Below, piece by piece: positions 59,781-64,000 of a stretch of DNA of 64,000 bases. The stretch is from Antedon mediterranea (lineage: Eukaryota > Animalia > Echinodermata). The stretch is from contig NC_092672.1 of assembly GCF_964355755.1 (NCBI RefSeq), positions 21,651,237 through 21,715,236 of the forward strand, written 5' to 3'. The position numbers were made by a program, and so were the translations under genes. How positions within the stretch are numbered: position 1 is the stretch's first letter; each line of letters begins with the position of its first letter. The notes under the pieces were generated by a model, which was not told where the DNA came from, ran no database searches, and saw only the letters and a list, made by a program, of their open reading frames with translations.

Positions 59781-61546
59781 CACAAGTTTCTTTTTATCAT
59801 TAAGTATCTACCACTAGTATTCAAATAACTCACAATATTATCATGTTTTTATGTCTGTGAAAAGAAGCTGTGTATTTATTAATGCAGTTTACTTTAATAT
59901 AAAATATTTTTATTTGAATTGAAAAATTGTTTTTTTTTATAACTTAAACAAGCATTGTACATTGTTTTTGTATTTTCTTTCAGTTTAGCAATACAATGGA
60001 TCTCCATGGATGGCTGGTTAATCTTTGTGCAAAAAATGGTCTTGAGGTAGGCAAGTTTACACTGTTTTAGGATAATGGCATTTAACTAAATAAATTAAAT
60101 AGTGAAAAAATTAGAGTATTACAATGGATCAAAATAATCACTGTAGTGCTTCTATGCTGTTGGCTCATTTGATGTGATTGTTTTGATTTAATTATTTAAC
60201 CAGCATAATACATCAACACATTAACATACAATACAACATAGAGATGAAAAATGCTGGGCAGGGGCAGCTTAAGCAAAATACATTACTGTAAATCAAGTGA
60301 GCCAGCTACCCCTCATACAAAAATAAATATAAAAAAAATAATTAAATACAAATTTCATTAAAATTTTCTATAAAAAATAAGACAAGAAGAAAAAAATTTA
60401 TTTATTTGGGCAATCTAATATTATTATAATGATAATATTATAATATAATGGCTGTAATTTATTACAACATGGAATGTATGTTATGTTTACAATAGTATAT
60501 GTATTTTAATGAAAAAATGTAACTGAATGCATATTGATCTATATGTTTTATTTCATAGATTGTGGGAGAAAAAACTGCTGAAGAAATTTGCCAATTCATT
60601 GTTAGCAACAATGCTGTCAACATCCAGGAGCAGGTATACATTTCTTTCAGTACAATTTGATTGGCTAATACCGGATTTGAATAATGGCTTGGTAACCCAA
60701 TCCCCTGTAATTGTAATTAATTTCAGAATCTGAACGATGATATAATTATTCATCTGTTAATAATATAATAATAATCTGATAACTAAACAAACTTTTATTA
60801 ACATCATACTAGAGTAGTAGAAATATATACTTTTCATTTATTAAACTTTATCACTGAAAGAAAAATACAAGGCACAAGACAGTGAAAAAAAGTGATGAAC
60901 AGGTGTCAAACACTTCTATCCACATTGGACCCCTTGTACAAATAACAAAACATAAAAACACAAACATTTAAGATATAAAAATAGCTGAAATTATACTATT
61001 TTCAGTTTCATATAAAGCGCAACATTTAAGACCTGGCTACAACAAGCATAATGTAGGTACACATCTAATTGGTGAGAGTGGCTTAGGCTGCTTTTGTGCT
61101 TTCCTGGTAGCTAGTGACTATGATTTTATATTTTCTTCTTGCATTGTGTTTGTTTAATTTGTTGATTTGTATTATATTTCGTAAATGTATCTTTTGCTTG
61201 AATAAATAATAATAAATAATATAATACCTACAATGGGAAAAGATAATACTCATGTGCATGTAATGTCAGGGTCAAAGTTATTTAACAATTTTTCTCTCTA
61301 AAGTTTACATATAGTTTAATGAATTGTGGAATATTATTGATCTGATACAAAACGTTAGTAGATTCCAAATGGGAATAATCCTAAATCCTGGAAAATATGA
61401 TTAATTTAGGGGATTTAGCTTTACACTTCACAGACTTCTTATTTAATGTTACCATTTAAGTTATTGTAAATGTATGCTTCTTTTTTTTCTTGATAAATAT
61501 AAATATGTCTAAATAAATGTTGAATGAAACTTATAAAGAGACATAT

Positions 61547-61650
61547 CCAGTTGAAGACCAGTTGTAAATTTCCCAGTTGTGAATTTTCCAACTGGTTTGA
61601 TAATCCCAGTTGTAAATTTTACCAGTTGTACATTTTTCCCAGTTGGTAAA
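61547..61650. repeat. CCAGTTG-motif repeat cluster related to the array at 63620-64000
   Basis: ccagttgtaaattt repeats. Confidence 0.6.
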
Positions 61651-62074
61651 TTTCAGTACAAAAACAAATTACACAAACTACAAACTTATTGTTAATAAAC
61701 TGTTTATTTTATTAACTTTAATATTTACAATTACAGTAGTTACTTTCAATTCTGCAGTACTGTCGTTAATTACCCCACAAAGGTCTTAACGACCTGCATA
61801 ACCCCTTACATCTACACAAATGTCAGCATATCCCTGCCGTTTCCTTTTTACAGGTCCATGAAAATTGAGATCTAGCATTTATTCAGTAATATATTTATGA
61901 AGTTATGGCCACCTTCTTTATTTAGTCATGTTGACAAAATTAGTCCTGAAAGAGAAAAACCAAAACAAATTGATTAAACAATATACTGGTAGTACAAGGA
62001 ATGAATCAAATTCAAATCTCAAGTATCAATTTATATACTGTTTTACTGAAAAAGGAAGATGGAATCATATATTA

Positions 62075-62380
62075 ATAGAAATGAAAGAATGATTATGCAA
62101 ATTATGTTCTCTACAAGGAATTGAAGATGAGTATCATTTCACTTTAGTTTGTCCCTTTTATTCAGATATTAGAACTAAATATATTTTAATTTTATACAAA
62201 TAACCCCTCTAAATTAAAATATATTTATCTTGTCTACTACAAATATCTCATTACTAAGCTTGGAAAATATATATATTTTTTTCATTTTAACGTAGAACAG
62301 AATTCTTAAACGCACTCTAATGTTATTGATTGAATTGTTACATTGTATATTAATTGGGCCAAAGGCCATATAAATAACTA
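62075..62380 (+). mobile_element. Non-LTR retrotransposon C-terminal CCHC fragment (RTEX/L1-like)
   Basis: LCKLCSLQGIEDEYHFTLVCPFYSDIRTKYI. Confidence 0.7.
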
Positions 62381-63619
62381 TTTTCTTGGATCATTCCAAG
62401 AAAGAAAGTATACATAAATATATTTATAATTTAAAATAGGAAATAAAAATATATATCAAGTGTCTCCATGACCTCAGCCCCACCATGGTTGAGGGTGAGG
62501 TAAAAAAAAATGGAAAAATAGAGCTGCTCGATGGGCGGAAATGGCACTTAATTTTAAATAGAAATTACCTCGCCCACATGGTCACTACTGGGGCTGAGAG
62601 GTGAAGAACATTTGGAAAAATAGGGTTGCTACGACGATGCAAATGGAACATAATTTGAAATATGGAAAACAAATTCTCCTAGAAGAAATTCTTTTTAAAA
62701 TTAGAGCTTCTAATTAGTTACTGGAAATTGCCATTTCAAGGGTTGGGGTAGGGGTGCGGCCACTTATAATTATGAACTGAAACAACAAAGCCCCTTTCAT
62801 AATGTTTTCGTTCAATTGTCTCTATATCTGGGGATCCAATAACCTGCATAGTCTCTGAAATAGAGCAACATAATTGGCCAATAGCTAGCCTCTTCGGATT
62901 TGTTGTGCTGCCTATATCGCACACACGGTAGTTTTCGAGCAGCCTTCCTATCCGAAGAGTCTATTTAAGTCCGAAACAAAAGGATGGAAGAACTATTGTA
63001 CGGAAAACCCGAACAGATCTGTTTTGTTTTGTTTTATGATATTGTGTAAGGTGATATGTATTAAATTGCAAGATTAAACAAAATATTTTATTTTTGTTCT
63101 GTGGTATATTATTTTTTTGGTTGTTCAAAAAACACAAAATTATGCCAGATTATGCTAAAAACGGCTAAATAATGCCGCGGCATTATGCCAGATGCCATGG
63201 GCCTCTAAATAATGCCAAAAAGCATAATAATGCCAGAAATGGCAACTATGCACTGACACAAAAACAAAGGGAGCCGTTTTTGGCCGTTGGCTTGCAGTTT
63301 TCTGATTGGTTGTTTACGGTCTGCCGGCCTATACGACGCATGCTCCATTATTTTCAAAAAGTTGTGCAGTATTTCTTATTCTTTACTCGATTTTATTTGA
63401 TTTAATTTAAATAATTGTTTGTTGCAATAATATAGAATTACAAATAATAATATTAATTATATTTTGAATGGTTACGGACCATGCTTCTATTCCCGTCACC
63501 TCAACCCAGAACACCCCCCCCCCCCACCTCTCCCCTGGGTCCTCTCCCGTACTCCCACGACGTACACCCAGCCATCCGCTTTCGCTCTTCTCCGAATTCC
63601 TTTGGTTGTTAGGAAAAAA

Positions 63620-64000
63620 ACTAGTTGCAAAACCAATTGAAACAACCAGTTGATCGGTTGAAAAACCAATTGGACCAGTTGACTAGTTGAACTCAGTTGA
63701 GCTTTGGGAATACCAGTTGGCCAGTTGGAAAAACCAGTTGACCTGTTGAAAAACCAGTTGACCAGTTTGAAAAACCAGTTGACCAGTTTGAAAAACCAGT
63801 TGACCAGTTGAAAAACCAGTTGACCAGTTTGAAAAACCAGTTGACCAGTTTGAAAAACCAGTTGACCAGTTGAAAAACCAGTTGACCAGTTGAAAAACCA
63901 GTTGACCAGTTGGAAAAACCAGTTAGACCAGTTGAAAAACCAGTTGACCCAGTTGGAAACCAGTTAGACCAGTTGAAGACCAGTTGGACCAGTTGAAATT
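63620..64000. repeat. ~20-bp satellite (accagttgaccagttgaaaa), running off the window end
   Basis: direct repeats of ccagttg. Confidence 0.9.

Noticed and set aside
60553-61945. Possible minus-strand exons (60553-60729, 61790-61945)
   Set aside because: Acceptor-like sites are present but there is no recognisable protein family and frames are interrupted

Overview
AT-rich, intron-rich invertebrate animal DNA. The repeat families and tandem DED-like exon suggest an echinoderm such as a crinoid, but that is inference only. From left to right: (1) the 3' end of a + strand gene with short 45-57 nt phase-1 exons and a tandem death-effector-domain-like exon (437-3145); (2) a ~20-exon unconventional myosin XIX (MYO19) copy on the - strand (~5788-22846) with disabling lesions; (3) head-to-head with it, an OGFOD2 copy on the + strand (23005-25230) with no start codon, an in-frame TGA and missing middle exons, so the pair looks like a decaying duplicated block; (4) a gene-poor stretch of MITEs (Tc1/pogo, Kolobok, piggyBac, Merlin-like), LINE fragments and minisatellites; (5) a near-complete young DIRS1-type tyrosine-recombinase retrotransposon (54218-59526) inserted into a local tandem repeat whose empty sister units show the pre-insertion site. 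The most unusual signal is a set of short TA-[2-4 nt]-TA insertions (TAcagTA, TActgTA, TAcggTA, TAggccTA) visible against sister repeat units. They look like transposon excision footprints, one frameshifts MYO19, and repeated hits appear to build the CTAG/TAGGCC-rich tracts next to gene 5' ends. Also seen: 19-21 bp termini-only P-like remnants with 7-bp TSDs, a minimal hammerhead ribozyme, and a dispersed tRNA-Asp(ATC)-like cassette. All calls were made by eye without alignment tools.
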